Shown in pieces: positions 35,025 through 47,277 of a stretch of DNA of 47,277 bases (position 1 is the stretch's first letter; the number at the start of each line of letters is the position of its first letter). Below the pieces are notes generated by a model that saw only the letters and a list, made by a program, of their open reading frames with translations, was not told the DNA's origin and did no database searches. The position numbers and the translations under genes are program-made. Source of the DNA: Octopus sinensis (lineage: Eukaryota); assembly GCF_006345805.1 (NCBI RefSeq), contig NW_021834561.1:1-47277 (forward strand), written 5' to 3'.

Positions 35025-35624
35025 GTGTCTTGCTGAAGAGGTGACTTGTCCATCTGGAGAGAGATAGGGATAGGGATGTGTGATGAGAAAGTTAACAAGG
35101 GAATGTAAAAGACAGACTAGAATAGAGGAGTGGAAAAAGATGGATGTGTAGGTAAGTGCACCAGGAGTGAAAATAGTGACATGATTAAAGAGAGAGAGAG
35201 AATATCAGTTGAGCAAAGGGGAGCAAAGTGAAGAAGGAAACAGGGTAACGTAGAAGATTGATGGAAGAAGAATGAATATTAGATGAGGTGTGGGAGAAGA
35301 CTTGACAAGAGCCTCAATTCTACGGAGAGATGGATGGGTCTTCTCCAGAGCACAGCATATTGCCATTCATCTCACTTCCTCTTTATTAGTAATACTACCA
35401 GCAGCTGGAGTACTTCATTTACTTGTAGTAGTAGTAGTAGTTGTAGTTGTAGGAGGAGGAGGAGGAAGAGAGGGAGGAGTATCAGCTGTAGTGATGGTAA
35501 TTATAGGAGTAACAGCAGCAACAGTAATAATAGTAACTGCAGGAGATACTGTACTATAATTACATCTAGCAGCAGCAGCAGCAAGTGTTGTACTAGTAGT
35601 AGTAGTAGTAATTTTCTGTGACAG

Positions 35625-35650
35625 ATATGTAATGCTGCGACTGACAAATG
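35625..35650 (+). other. Candidate 26-nt micro-exon
   Basis: TTTTCTGTGACAG|ATATGTAATGCTGCGACTGACAAATG|GTGAGC; unique sequence between microsatellites. Confidence 0.3.
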
Positions 35651-35756
35651 GTGAGCATAAAAGAACCGGTTTTATATATATATATATATATTTATATATT
35701 TTTATATGTATATATATATACACACAAATTCACACACACATAAATGTATATGTGTT

Positions 35757-35805
<49 letters not shown>

Positions 35806-35973
35806 GTATGTATATATTTATATTGTGTATGTTTAAAGTCATATATGTATATGTGCATATACATATATATATAGATATAAATGTAAAAAAAATTTCACTA
35901 TCTTCTGTTTTAATAAATATATATCTATATATATATATATGTATGTATGTGTATATATGTATGTATGTGTATG

Positions 35974-36019
<46 letters not shown>

Positions 36020-36734
36020 CTTTGGCCCATCTGCTCTTGTGAAAATGTCCAACCTATGCCAGCATGGAAAAAAGGATGTTAAATAATGATGATATGCATA
36101 AGTATATGTTTGTTTGTATATATATATATTTGTGTGTGTGTGTAGGTGTAGGTGTATGTGCTAATATATTTATGTGTGTGTAGGTGTACGTGCTAATATA
36201 TTTATGTGTGTGTAGGTGTATGTGCTTATATATTTATGTATGTGTGTGTGTAGGCGTATGTGCTTATATATTTATGTGTGTGTTTGTGTATGTTTATGTA
36301 TATATGTGTGTGTATAGATATTGCAAGTTGTTCCATCAGACTGATAATGCTGCTGCTGCCGCTGATGCTATCTTCTCTCTCTTAACACTGCTGTTGGCAT
36401 TACTACACTTGTTATTTAAACCTCGTATTCAACCCTAATCAGACAGACCTATGAAGAGAGAGACTTTCCAACTCTGACCATCTAACCTTTATAAATGGGT
36501 TCTCTGATTACCTCATTAACAATATGTAAGTGCCAATCACCTTTTTTTTCCTTCTCTCAGATCATACACTGGCTGTTATTTCTAGCTATAGGTCCCTCTC
36601 TCCCAACAGTGGTCGTCAGTGTTTAGGACTAAATTCTCTGTATTCATCACCTATCGTTTTTGTAAAGCAGAAAAACCAAATTGCAGGTGATACAGCTGCT
36701 ATTTCTAGCGGCCGATCTCACTGTCTTTTATGTT

Positions 36735-38200
36735 TTGTTTCAGTCATTGGACTGCAGCCATGCTGGAGCAGTGCCTCGGAGGGTTCTAGTTGAAAGAATT
36801 GACCCCAGAATTAATTTTTTGATAAGCCTAGTACTTATTTTGTCAATGTCTTATGCCAAATTGCTATGTCATGGGGATGTAAACGAACCAATACTGGTTG
36901 TCAAGCAGTGGTTGGGGACAAACACAATCATGACCATCCAGTTAGAGGGTGGGCGTGATGTCTAGGAGTAAAGTACGTTCTATTTTTTTTCCTACCTTGG
37001 GCAAGTCCTTCAACTATTGCTCAAGGCTGCCCAAAGCCTAGTGAGTGGATTTCATAGTTAGGAGCTGAAAGAAACCATTTATATATATGTGTGTGTCTGT
37101 GTTTGTGCTTCACCACTGCTTGACAACCAATGCTGGTTTGTTTATGTCCCTGCAACTTAGCTGCTTGGCATAAGAGATCGATAAAATAAGTACTTATTTA
37201 AAATAAGTACCCCAGTACTAATTTTTTTAAAAAACTAAGCACTGGAGTTGATTTATTTGACTAAAACCCCTCAAGGCATTGCCCCAGCATGGTTGCAGTC
37301 AAATAACTGAAACAAATAAAAAAAAAAATACAAATGATATAAATTTCTATTTCTCCTTTTTTTTTTGTAAGACAGTGTTTTTGTAAGTAAGTGTTATTAG
37401 AGAGATTTAGTATTATTTCTAGCAATCAACTTGTCCATGGTCAAACACGAAACAGATATATGATTAAAAGTTTATTACATTCATGACGTTCCCATCTGTT
37501 TTGGGGATTGGGGTTTGGGCGTATCTTTGATTTTATAATCTCACGAATCTATTCTGCTTGCCTGGTGTTTTTAAAGATAGTTAAGTATAATTTGGCTGTT
37601 ATTTCTAGCAGCTTCAGTGACCACATAGAAGCTTCCCTCATTGCCACAGCTGTTTCTGCATGACTGATATCATTGGTGTCGCTGCTGAATTTGTTTTTCC
37701 TTGTCAATCTTTAAGCTTTTTCTTGTTTTAGTCATTGGACTGTGGCCATGCTGGGGTACCATCTTGAGGAGTTTAGTCAAGCAAATCATCTCTAGTAATT
37801 AATTTTTTCTTATGCTTGGCTACTTATCCTATCAGTCACTTCTATTGAACTACTTGGTTACAGGGATGTAAACAAACCGACACTTGCTGTCAAGTGGTAG
37901 TGGGGCAAACACACACACAAACACACACACACACACGCACACACACAGACACAAACACACACAAACACACACACAGACACACACACACATACACAAACAC
38001 ACACACACACGCACGCACACACACACACACACACACATGCACACACACACATTTATAACAGGCTTTCAGTTTCTATCTGCGAAAACCACTCACAAGGCTC
38101 TGATCAGCTCAATGCTTATTTATAGTAGAAGACATTTGCCGAAGGTACCACACTGTGGGACTGAACCCAGATAGATCTGCTTGGAAAGCACTCATTTTCA
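36735..38200. mobile_element. Degraded SINE family B copies in both orientations
   Basis: About 36735-36930 (-), 36995-37320 (+) and 37715-38200 (-) share family B motifs. Confidence 0.75.
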
Positions 38201-38335
38201 CTCAGCCTTGCCAGCTTTGCCAACATCATTCAAATATAAATGGTATTTTGCATTTTTTCGTTGGACAAGCTACATACATATAATTTATTTCATATGCTTA
38301 CAGTGTTCATAAACACATAATCCAAACAGTTTTAC

Positions 38336-38764
38336 CATTTCATCCCAGGCTTTCCAAAGTCTTCTGCTTTTAGACTTACAAGAAAGTTTTTCCAGTGAAG
38401 AATTTTCACCAGCAGTTAAGGACGTTATCAGCAGTTTTTTTTAGTATTTTTACTTGAGTTAAACTCCTCGTCTGAATCTGAATCAGACCAAGAGGTTGCC
38501 AACCGTGGTTGATGACGTACAGCCTCAGGATCATGTCACTTATGCCTCTATCGAGGAGTAGACTCACGGTCAGAATTTGACTCGCCATCACTAGTTGCCT
38601 CTTGACTCTTTGTTTCTTTATCCAGTCCATTGTCAGAAACCTCTTTTGGAGTGTCACTAGAAACTGGTGACAGCCGTTCTCCTCCCAAAGGATTATTTGT
38701 TGCATGAGATCTTAAGTTTGGTTGGGTACTTGGCTGAGTAACACTATTATCGTCCGAGTCTGCA
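38336..38764 (-). pseudogene. Coding-like Ser/Asp/Glu-rich exon, disabled or alternatively ending at an internal donor
   Basis: Acceptor TTTTAG|T at 38765/38764; reads ADSDDNSVTQ...ESNSDRESTPR*RHK*HDPEAVR...SWSDSDSDEEFNSSK. Internal donor C|GTGAGT at 38568/38567; distal donor ATG|GTAAAA at 38336. Confidence 0.5.
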
Positions 38765-39004
38765 CTAAAATGCATGGATCTATATTTAGTGTTGCAATGT
38801 GAAGAATATGATAGTTTAATGAATTTAAGTTAAAACTTCTCTAAGAAGTCATGAATTCAGGATAATTAATTTCTGTATTAATTAATTAATTGAGTATTCT
38901 TAATGATTAGAGCTGATAATATGTCGTTTAGTACAGTATAGAAATGCAGTGTTTTCAGGCCAAAATTTAACTTTTTTTTAATGAGTTTTTTTTTCTAAAA
39001 CCAC

Positions 39005-39214
39005 TTTACTCTTTCTTTTATTTGTTTCTGTTATTTGACTGCGGCCATGCTGGACCCCATAACTTTATAGTCGAGCAAATCGACCCCAGAGCTTATTCTT
39101 TGTAAGCCTAGTACTTATTCTATTGGTCTCTTTTGCCGAACTGCTAAGTTACAGAGACGCAAAACACACCAATATCAGTTGTCAAGCGATGTTGGAGGGA
39201 CAAACACAGACACA

Positions 39215-39255
<41 letters not shown>

Positions 39256-39612
39256 GTATATATGACGGGCTTCTTCCAGTTTCCATCTACCAAATCCACT
39301 CACAAGGCTTTGGTTGGCCTGAGGCTATAGTAGAAGACACTTTCCCAATGTACCACACTGGGGGACTGAACCCAGGACCATGTGGTTGGTAAGCAAGCTG
39401 CTTAACACACAGCCACTCCTACGCCTATATATACATATATATATACGATGGGCTTCTTCCAGTTTCCATCTACCAAATCCACTCACAAGGCTTTGGTCGG
39501 CCCGAAACTATAGTAAAAGACACTTGCCCAAGGGGCCACACTGTGGGACTGAACCCGGGACCATGTGGCTGGTAAGCAAGCTACTTAACACACATCCACT
39601 CCTACGCCTATA
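39005..39612 (-). mobile_element. SINE family B with duplicated tRNA head
   Basis: Full copy at 39005-39430 plus a second head segment at 39445-39612. Confidence 0.85.
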
Positions 39613-39669
39613 TATTGGTGAACAGTCAACAATATTGGAGGGCCTAAATATTACAGTTGTAGTTGAGGA

Positions 39670-40170
39670 AAAGTGTGAAGCTGTTGGAGACTGTTGTCAG
39701 AGAGGGTTGGAGACTGGTCGGAGAGGGTTGCTACTGGAAGACCATATGCCTGGCAGCAGGATTCAGCTTATACTTAGAGAGAGAGAGAGAGTCAGAAATG
39801 GTTGTTGGAGAGTTTCTACGACTTCCTAATTCCCCTTTTTGTAATCCCATAGATTACAATCCTGTGTAAGGGGTGCAGCTGAGAAAGACACCAACTGCTC
39901 TGCTTTCAACACCAAGACTGAGCGAGTGGCAAAGATCAAGGAGGTGTTTGAAGATCTCAGTGACACAGTTTGGAATACATATACCTGGTTCCATAGCCAC
40001 CTTGAGGCCTTGGTGGATGCTGAGGACAGCTACTTTGAGTAAACTGTTAATTCTCAGCCATTATCTAGTTAATACTGCTTTTGTTTTTGTTTTTTTTCAA
40101 ATATTTTAAATTTTGGATGGGATATAATTTTCTTTTATGTAAACTGTCAAATTTAGCCTAAACACCCCTA
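39670..40170 (+). mobile_element. Third DD37D maT relic (3' part)
   Basis: VKLLETVV...WQQDSA...PNSPFCNPIDY; TIR AAACTGTCAAATTTAGCCTAAACACCCC at 40141-40168. Confidence 0.8.
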
Positions 40171-41421
40171 GTTTAGTATACTATAGTAGAGCAGCGCTAT
40201 AATATATAATACAGCAATGAGTTGAGGCTTTCAAAGAGTGAACTGTGAGAAACAGAGAGGTAATGTCTGCTATTTGTTTCTTGAATTGGGTCCACAATCT
40301 TTAATGGAATCATAAGAGTTCTATCAAGATATACCCAGTATCTTGAATTTCTGGACCTGAAAGGGTCCATCATTTCTCAGTTTCAACCTCAGTTTATTCC
40401 ACCCAAAAAGAGAGAAAAAGTGGGTAAGACAGAAAACAAACCAACTTTGTTGTAGTTTGGTACTTTATTTATCGACCTTTTAAAGGACGACAGATAAAGT
40501 TAACTTCGACTGGATTTGAACTCAGAGTACTGACACCTAGAACAAAAATATAAGATATTCCAGCACTGAATATCTGTTAATTTGGCAGCTTTCATATATA
40601 TTTATTAACTGAACCTTTTTGTTAAAATTAAAATAAAGTTAGAATATTCATTAACTATTTTTAACTATATTTATAACAAAAAATACTGCCTTTATGTTTC
40701 AGATTATTTTGGAAAATAATTAAGAATTTGATATGATTTCCATCCATTCTCTGCCCCCCCCCACTATTCCTGGGTGGGTCATTGGAGTAGAATCCTCAGG
40801 CATCTCCTCCATAGGGTCATATCAAAAGCAACTTCATGAGACTTCTTGACTTGATTCTCAACCATGACCATCTGTGACTATGGATTTTATCTAATCATTT
40901 TGTTTTTGGTCTACTCTGATGGGGCTTTTGTGAATTGGTTTAGCTTGAAGAATCCGTCCTGCAATTCTTTTGTGTGACATTCTAATCACATGTTTGTAGT
41001 AGTGGCAGTGTGACCTCTCAATGTGGAGAAGTGGCTTGACCTAGATGGATATTATCCAATCATCTCGCTCTTATCCATCCTTAGATCTCCTGCTGATTGG
41101 CTTGGCTTGGAGAATCTGTCTTGCAGTTATTTCCTGTGCTGTTCTAATCATATGTCCATGTAACTGGAGCTATGACCTCTCAACCAGAGAAGTAGCAGCT
41201 CAACCTGGGGATGGGGGATGTGGACTCCCTGATCTCTGATTTAGTTTAATAGAGTAACAAACTTTATTTATTAATCTGGTCTTCAAAACAACAAAATAGT
41301 CTGACATAATTATGATGGAAAGTTTTAATTAAATTCTAAACAATTTAAAGAGTCAAGTTGCTTCAGGCAGTTTAATAGCCAAATGAAGTTAAGATCAAAC
41401 GCATAACTTATGATTATTTGC

Positions 41422-41795
41422 ATCATCATCATCATCATCATCGTTTAAGGTCTACTTTCCATGCTAGCATGGGTTGGACGATTTGACTGAGGGCTGGCAA
41501 CCAGATGGCTGCACCAGGCTCCAATCTTGATCTGGCAGAGTTTCTACAGCTGGATGCCCTTCCTAACGCCAACCACTCCAAGGATGTAGTGGGTGCTTTT
41601 TATGTGCCACCGGCATGGAGGCCAGTTAGGCAGTACTGGCAACGATCTCGCTCAAATCTTTTTACACATGCCACATGTTGGTAACGATCACGCTCGAATG
41701 GTGCCCTTTTACATGCCATGGGTACGGAAGCCAGTTAGCTGCTCTGACAATGATCACGCTCGGATGGTGCTCTTGGCACCCTACTAGCACAGGCA
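41422..41795 (-). mobile_element. Family C 3' end with ~4 degenerate units
   Basis: (CAT)n tail, GGATGCCCTTCCTAACGCCAACC and unit motifs. Confidence 0.85.
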
Positions 41796-42599
41796 TTTAT
41801 TCTTAATATGTCCAGGCTGATTCAGTTGCAAAATATGCTAGTTGCTGTTGTGTACGTCACAGGAGAATAATTTTTTTCCTTTTGTGACAATGGTGTCTTC
41901 AGTACACTTAAGTTATTGGTACATGGGATTCTGGAACACTGGTGTTTCCATATGTTATCTCATCAGGCAAAAGCACTCGGACTTGCAGGTTTTGTTTATA
42001 CTTTCAGCCAACATAACTGTTTGCAGACTGGTGCTTATATCTGCTAACCAATAAAAAAAAAGATTGTTATTTGTGCACCATGTGAGGTCTGAAATGAGTA
42101 TTTGCATACTTATATATAAGTTATATTCTAAACAACAGTAGTACAACATCTTCAGCTCTCAACCACACAAAGCACTTAGCTAACTTTGCTTCAGTTAAAT
42201 GTGTTTTGCAGTTTTAAAGATTTTCAAATCTATTTTTACAGTAACATGACTGAGTTTTTACTGATAGCTCAGATGAAAAATTAGCAGAGATTATTTAGGT
42301 TAATCTAGAAGTTACTTCAAGATTTAAATCGGTTCCCAATGTAAGCTATATTCAATTACAACTTTCCATTAGTGAAAAGACATGTAGAATAAATCAACTG
42401 TGACTTATAACACGACTGAAGTTATTTATTCAAACCAAGTGTGTGTGATGCTTTAATACTAAGCCAGATTACAAGAAAATGTTGGTTAAGTAAAAAACAA
42501 AAATAATGTTATGAAACAAACATCATCTCTCTCTCTCTCTCTCTCTTTCTAAAACTTAACAAACATTGAACACCAATTGATAAAAATATACACAAACAT

Positions 42600-42745
42600 T
42601 TGGCTTGCAAACTACATGGTTCTGAGTTCAGACCCAATTTATGGCACCTTGGCAAGTGTCTTTTACTATAGCCTTGGGCCAACCAAAGCCTTGTAAGTGG
42701 ATTTGGTAGACGGAAACTGAGAGAAGCCTGTCATATGTGTGTGTG

Positions 42746-42777
<32 letters not shown>

Positions 42778-43000
42778 TGTATGTGTGTGTATGTTTGTGT
42801 CTGTGTTTGTCCCCTCAACATCGCTTGACAACTGATGTTGGTGTGTTTACGTCCCCGTACCTTAGCGGTTCAGCAAAAGAGACTGATTGAATAAGTACTA
42901 GGCTTACAAAGAATAAGTGCTGGGTCGATGTGCTTGACTAAAGGTGGTGCTCCAGCATGGCCTCAGTCAAATGTATGAAACAAGTAAAAGAATGTAAAGA
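42600..43000 (+). mobile_element. SINE family B
   Basis: CACCTTGGCAAGTGTC...GGTAGACGGAAACTGA...CCAGCATGGCC...GAAACAAGTAAAAG. Confidence 0.85.
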
Positions 43001-43167
43001 GTATCATCACTTGATGTCCTCTGTCTATGCTAGCATGGTTTGGATGGTTTCACAGGAGCTGGCAAGTCAGAAGATTAAATCAGGCTCTACTGTCTGTTTT
43101 GGCATGGTTTCTACAGTCGGATGTTTTTTCTAATATCAACCACTTTACCTTCTTTACTGCAAAGCAC

Positions 43168-43400
43168 TTATTTCTTTATTGCCCACAAGGCGCTATACAT
43201 AGAGGTGACAAACAAGGACAGACAAAGGGATTAAGTTGATTACATCGACCCCAGTGCGTAACTAGTACTTAATTTATCGACCCCGAAGGATGAAAGGCAA
43301 AGTCAACCTTGGCGGAATTTGAACTCACAACGTAATGGTAGATGAAATACCGCTAAGCATTTCGCCTGGTGTGCTAACGTTTCTGCCAGCTCGCCGCCTT
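43168..43400 (-). mobile_element. SINE family A, full length
   Basis: Ends TTCTGCCAGCTCGCCGCC; flanked by repeated CTTATTTCT. Confidence 0.9.
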
Positions 43401-43919
43401 ATTTCTGTCACTCTATTCATATTGTCCCTCTCATTACCTGGCACATATCCACTCCACTCAATACTACTCCCCACTCAGTTGAAGGGTCTTGTCTTGCAAG
43501 TTGCTTGTTGACCTTACCAGTGCTGGTGCCACATAAAAAAGCAGTTGGCATCAGGAAGGTCATCTAGTCATACACATCATGCCAAAGCAGACAATGGAGT
43601 TAGGTGCAGTCTTCTGGTTCACCAAAAGTTCCTGTCAAAACCATCCAACTTACACCAGCATGTAAAACATACATTAAATGACAATGATGTCACTCAGTAT
43701 GGAAGGAGCCATATGAACATAGACCATATTGCATATGATTTGATACCTGATATGGACCAACATACCACATGAACTAGTATCCTATATATACCAATAGCCC
43801 ATTATATATACTAACAAATGGACCACCCTTTGAACAGTTTTCTATGAGTAAACAAGTGATACTTACTTATTTGATTCCCAATTTGTACAGTTTTTTTCTT
43901 TTTACATCAAATTTTCCAT

Positions 43920-44300
43920 TCATCATCATCATTGTTTAACATCCGTTTTCCGTGCTAGCACGGGTTGGACGGTTCGACCGGGGTCTGGGAAGCCAGGAGG
44001 CTGCACCAGGCTCCACTCTGATCTGGCAGTGTTTCTACAGCTTGATGCCCTTCCTAATGCCAACCACTCCGAGAGTGTAGTGGGTTTTTTTAATGTGCCA
44101 GGGAAGGTTGGCAGCGGCCACGATTGGTTGGTGCTTTTTACGTGCCACCGGCACAAAAGCCAGTCAAGGCGACGCTGGCATCAGCCATGTTCGGATGGTG
44201 CTTTTTACATGCCACCGGCACAGAAACCAGTCAAGGCAGCGCTAGCATCGACCACGTTCGGGTGGTGCTTTTTACATGCCACCGGCACAGGTATAACAAC
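43920..44300 (-). mobile_element. Family C 3' end with ~4 hairpin units
   Basis: Same motifs as 31248-32160. Confidence 0.85.
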
Positions 44301-44590
44301 TACGATTGTATTCTAACACTACTTGCTCACTCTGTAAATATTTCTTTCATAATTTTATTGCTGTAAGGCAGTGAGCTAGCAGACTTGTTTCTGTACCGGG
44401 TAAAATTCTTAGCAGCATTTTATCTGTCTTTACCTTCTGCATTCAAATTCTGCTAAGGTTAATTCTTTTCAGGCTCAATAAAATAAATACCAGTTGAACA
44501 CTAGGATCAATATTATTGATTTACTCCTCCTCCTGAAATTTTAGGCCTTGTGTCAAAATCTGAAATCCATATTTAGTGAAGGAAGCAGCA

Positions 44591-44802
44591 ACCTGGCTGA
44601 AACCGGTTCTGGCTCTGTTGTACAAATGTCTAGTTTTCATAAGTTTTGAATTAAAATCTTCCACCAAACCTTTGTCACAATTAATGTTCCTAGTGCTAGC
44701 TTAATGATAACTAAGTTATTTCACTAAATTCTTTGTTAGATTTAAAATTTATTGAAAGAAATATGGAGCATCTCAAAATAAATACAGTAACGAAAGGGTT
44801 AA
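44591..44802. mobile_element. piggyBac-type MITE (family 2, one TIR lost)
   Basis: Reverse complement of 26034-26251, ending GTAACGAAAGGG|TTAA. Confidence 0.75.
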
Positions 44803-45203
44803 AAGCAATGAGTTGCTCAAACTGCTGGCACATACCATTTTGCTGGCAACAAGGGGAGTACAGGATAACAGTCAACCAAAACCACTGCTATGCTGTCTCC
44901 TTTCCTCTCTCTGAGTGTCTCTCTCTCTATATATACGTAGAGGGCTCAATACAATTATCTAACTTAAAGCAACAGTTGTCAAATGTAAAAAGCCAAAGAA
45001 CTGCTAATACATACATATATACATACAAAAGATGGGTGTCTTGAGGGAGATTTGGCAGCTATTTCTACCAGGTCTAGCTACCATGTAGAGGTCTCCTTCA
45101 TTGGTTCATACATACATATGACAGTAAGGTGTGATTTGAGGGAGATTTGGCTGTTATTTCTACCAGGTTTGACTACCATGTCGAGCTCTCCCTCATTGGC
45201 TCA

Positions 45204-45478
45204 TCTGATATATAACTCCCGTTCTGTCTATCTGTCTGTGCGCTTATAACTCGGGTATTGTTCATCCGATTACACTGAAATTTTAAACATGGGTTCATAA
45301 GAGAGCTGGGTGTTGCGCAATCTAAAAAGATTTCCAAAATTGTCAGTTTCAAAGTGAGAATCGCTGTTTTTGTAATCCTTATGTCTTGTCCATCAAATGA
45401 TTAAAACTTCCATAACACCATCCAAGTTAACCCTCTTCACATATACAAAGCATCCAATGAACAGCGGGCATTTGCTAG
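45204..45478 (+). mobile_element. Non-autonomous Helitron
   Basis: A|TCTGATATATAAC 5' end, (TCTG)n, CATCCGATT..AAATTT motif shared with the 19934 copy, and 3' GCGGGCATTTGCTAG|T. Confidence 0.65.
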
Positions 45479-45494
45479 TTTATATATATATATA

Positions 45495-46020
45495 TCATCA
45501 TCATCATTATCATCGTTTAATGTCCGCTTTCCATGCTAGCATAGGTTGGACAGTTTGACTGTGGGCTGGCGAACCAGTTGGCTGCACCAGGCTTCAGTCT
45601 TGATTTGGCAGAGTTTCTACAGCTGGATGCCCTTCCTAACGCCAACCACTCCGAGAGTGTAATGGGTGCTTTTACATGCCACTGGCACAGGGGCCAGTCA
45701 GGAGGTACTGGCAATGACCTCGCTCGAATTTTTTTACATATGCCAATGGCACAAGTGCCAGTAAGGCACCTCGAATGGTGCCTCTTACATGCCACCGGCA
45801 TGGAAGCCAGTTAGCCGCTCTGGCAACGATCATGCTTGGATGGTGCTCTTAGCACCCTACTAGCACGGGGCTCAAGTGCCAGTAAGGCAAGGCTGGCAAC
45901 GATCACACTCGAATAGTGCCTTTTATGTGCCACTGGCATGGAAGCCGGTTAACTGCTCTGTCAACGATCATGCTCATATGGTGCTCGTGCCCATCATCGA
46001 ATTTCACTTTGATTTTGAAA
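45495..46020 (-). mobile_element. Family C 3' end with ~5 degenerate units
   Basis: (CAT)n tail, core motif and unit repeats. Confidence 0.85.
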
Positions 46021-46345
46021 TATATATATATATATATATAAAACAACCATTATTAACATTCCTCAACTGATCTTTTATCGACCTCTTGCAATCTAAGCTA
46101 TTTTAACATTCAAGTCTACCCTCATATTGTGTCAATGTTTAAATATATAAATACCATACCCTGACCTGACACTAGTTGTTTACCTGTTTATATCTTCATT
46201 CTATTATGTAGTTATATATTTGTGTACGCATGTATATTGGTTCTGTATGTAAAGCTTTCCCATGTAATTGTACAGAAGAAGAATATAATTATGGATAGAT
46301 ATATGTACTTGATTTCATTCCATAGCTAAGATAGTTTACCATCTC

Positions 46346-46571
46346 TTAACAGTTTAGCATTAAAATCAGCCATACCTGGCCCAAATATTCTACCTATTTA
46401 GTGTCCAAACTGACCAGATGTGATTTCTCATGTCTATCCTATGTTGTCATTCAAGAAAATATAGGCGTATCATGAAATCTCAAAGCTACAAGATGGTGCA
46501 GGATTAATTCAAAACAATGTGAAGAAATAAGGATTATATTTGACAGGGTAATCTGAATGCCAAAGGGTTAA
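46346..46571. mobile_element. piggyBac-type MITE (family 1)
   Basis: TTAA|CAGTTTAGCATT ... AATGCCAAAGGG|TTAA. Confidence 0.75.
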
Positions 46572-46584
46572 TTTAAAAAAATAA

Positions 46585-47100
46585 TCTTTTACTTGTATAA
46601 GTCATTGGAATGTGGTCATGCTGGGGTCACCCCCTTGAAGAATTCGGTCCAATAAATGTCTTGCAAACAACTTTCACATGCAAGTGTTATCAGTCAAAAA
46701 CTCCACATACCGGAAGCCAGCAAGTGTATGGGGTCATCAGGAGAGAATGCGCTCCGTTCTAGGGCCTACCTCTCGACAGCATCAATGCGCACTGCTCTCT
46801 CCCCTCACTGATATGAGGCCCCGCTTGCTTGATCAGCTGGTTATCAAATAAAGCTCAATATTCTTCTAGCCATCGCTCATCTAAATCAATCCCAGTATTA
46901 GTTTTCTGCCTAAGTCTGATACTTATTCTATCAGTGTCTTTTTGCCAAACTGCTAAGTTACAGGAACGTAAACACACCAATACCATTTGTCATGCAGTGG
47001 TGGGGAACAAACAAACATAGACATATACATTTAGACACACACAATAGGCTTCTTTCAGTTTCTGTTTACCAAGTCCACTCACAAGGCTTTGGCCACCTCA
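46585..47100 (-). mobile_element. SINE family B interrupted by a 224-bp insertion
   Basis: Family B motifs on both sides of 46658-46881. Confidence 0.75.
46658..46881 (+). mobile_element. Unclassified structured insertion with 5-bp TSD (LTR-like)
   Basis: TAAAT at 46653-46657 and 46882-46886; AATAAA at 46847-46852; several internal inverted repeats. Confidence 0.5.
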
Positions 47101-47277
47101 AGGTGTACCTAGATAAAAAAAAACAAAAACAAAAAAACTTTCAAAATGAAAGGGTTGACGAGAAGTACAGCTTTTAGAGATGTTATCTCCTCAGACTCCA
47201 CATTCAGTAGTGCCTAGGTGAACTTTTACATCATCTAAAGAATCCAATGTTTCAAACAAAATATGATTTCAAGGAAT

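Noticed and set aside
35283-35621. Ser/Arg-rich ORF with an NLS-like RRRRRKR
   Set aside because: Mixed AGT/AGG/AGC trinucleotide low-complexity sequence with no clear acceptor or domain.
47110-47277. Possible exon at the window end (minus TTCTTTAG|ATGATGTAAAAGTTCAC..., or short plus-strand ORFs)
   Set aside because: In-frame stops occur within about 15-25 codons, there is no recognisable domain, and context is truncated.

Overview
AT-rich, intron-like eukaryotic DNA with no intact protein-coding gene, rRNA or CRISPR array. The repeat families (tRNA-derived SINEs, a (GAT)n-tailed RTE-type 3' UTR, abundant TA/CA/TCTA/TAT microsatellites) match what I recall of Octopus genomes; this taxonomic call is inference. 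The window opens with a CpG-rich promoter/5'-UTR exon candidate (two perfect CRE palindromes, several closed uORFs, donor CG|GTAAGC at 512/513), followed by what looks like a very long intron. That region holds at least four SINE families, LINE remnants (RTE, CR1, R4/Dong-like with RLE, Tx1/L1-like), DD37D maT and mariner relics, piggyBac-type TTAA MITEs, non-autonomous Helitrons and Penelope-like ends carrying minimal hammerhead ribozyme motifs. Most ORFs in the supplied track are microsatellite or repeat artefacts. The best leads are the hammerhead motifs, a structured 224-bp TSD-flanked insertion, a minus-strand (pseudo)exon at 38.3-38.8 kb, a candidate 26-nt micro-exon, variable hairpin arrays in the RTE 3' UTR, and an 85-bp mariner triplication with an ectopic copy. 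I found nothing I can confidently call a new biological system. Coordinates were counted by eye and repeat boundaries are approximate.
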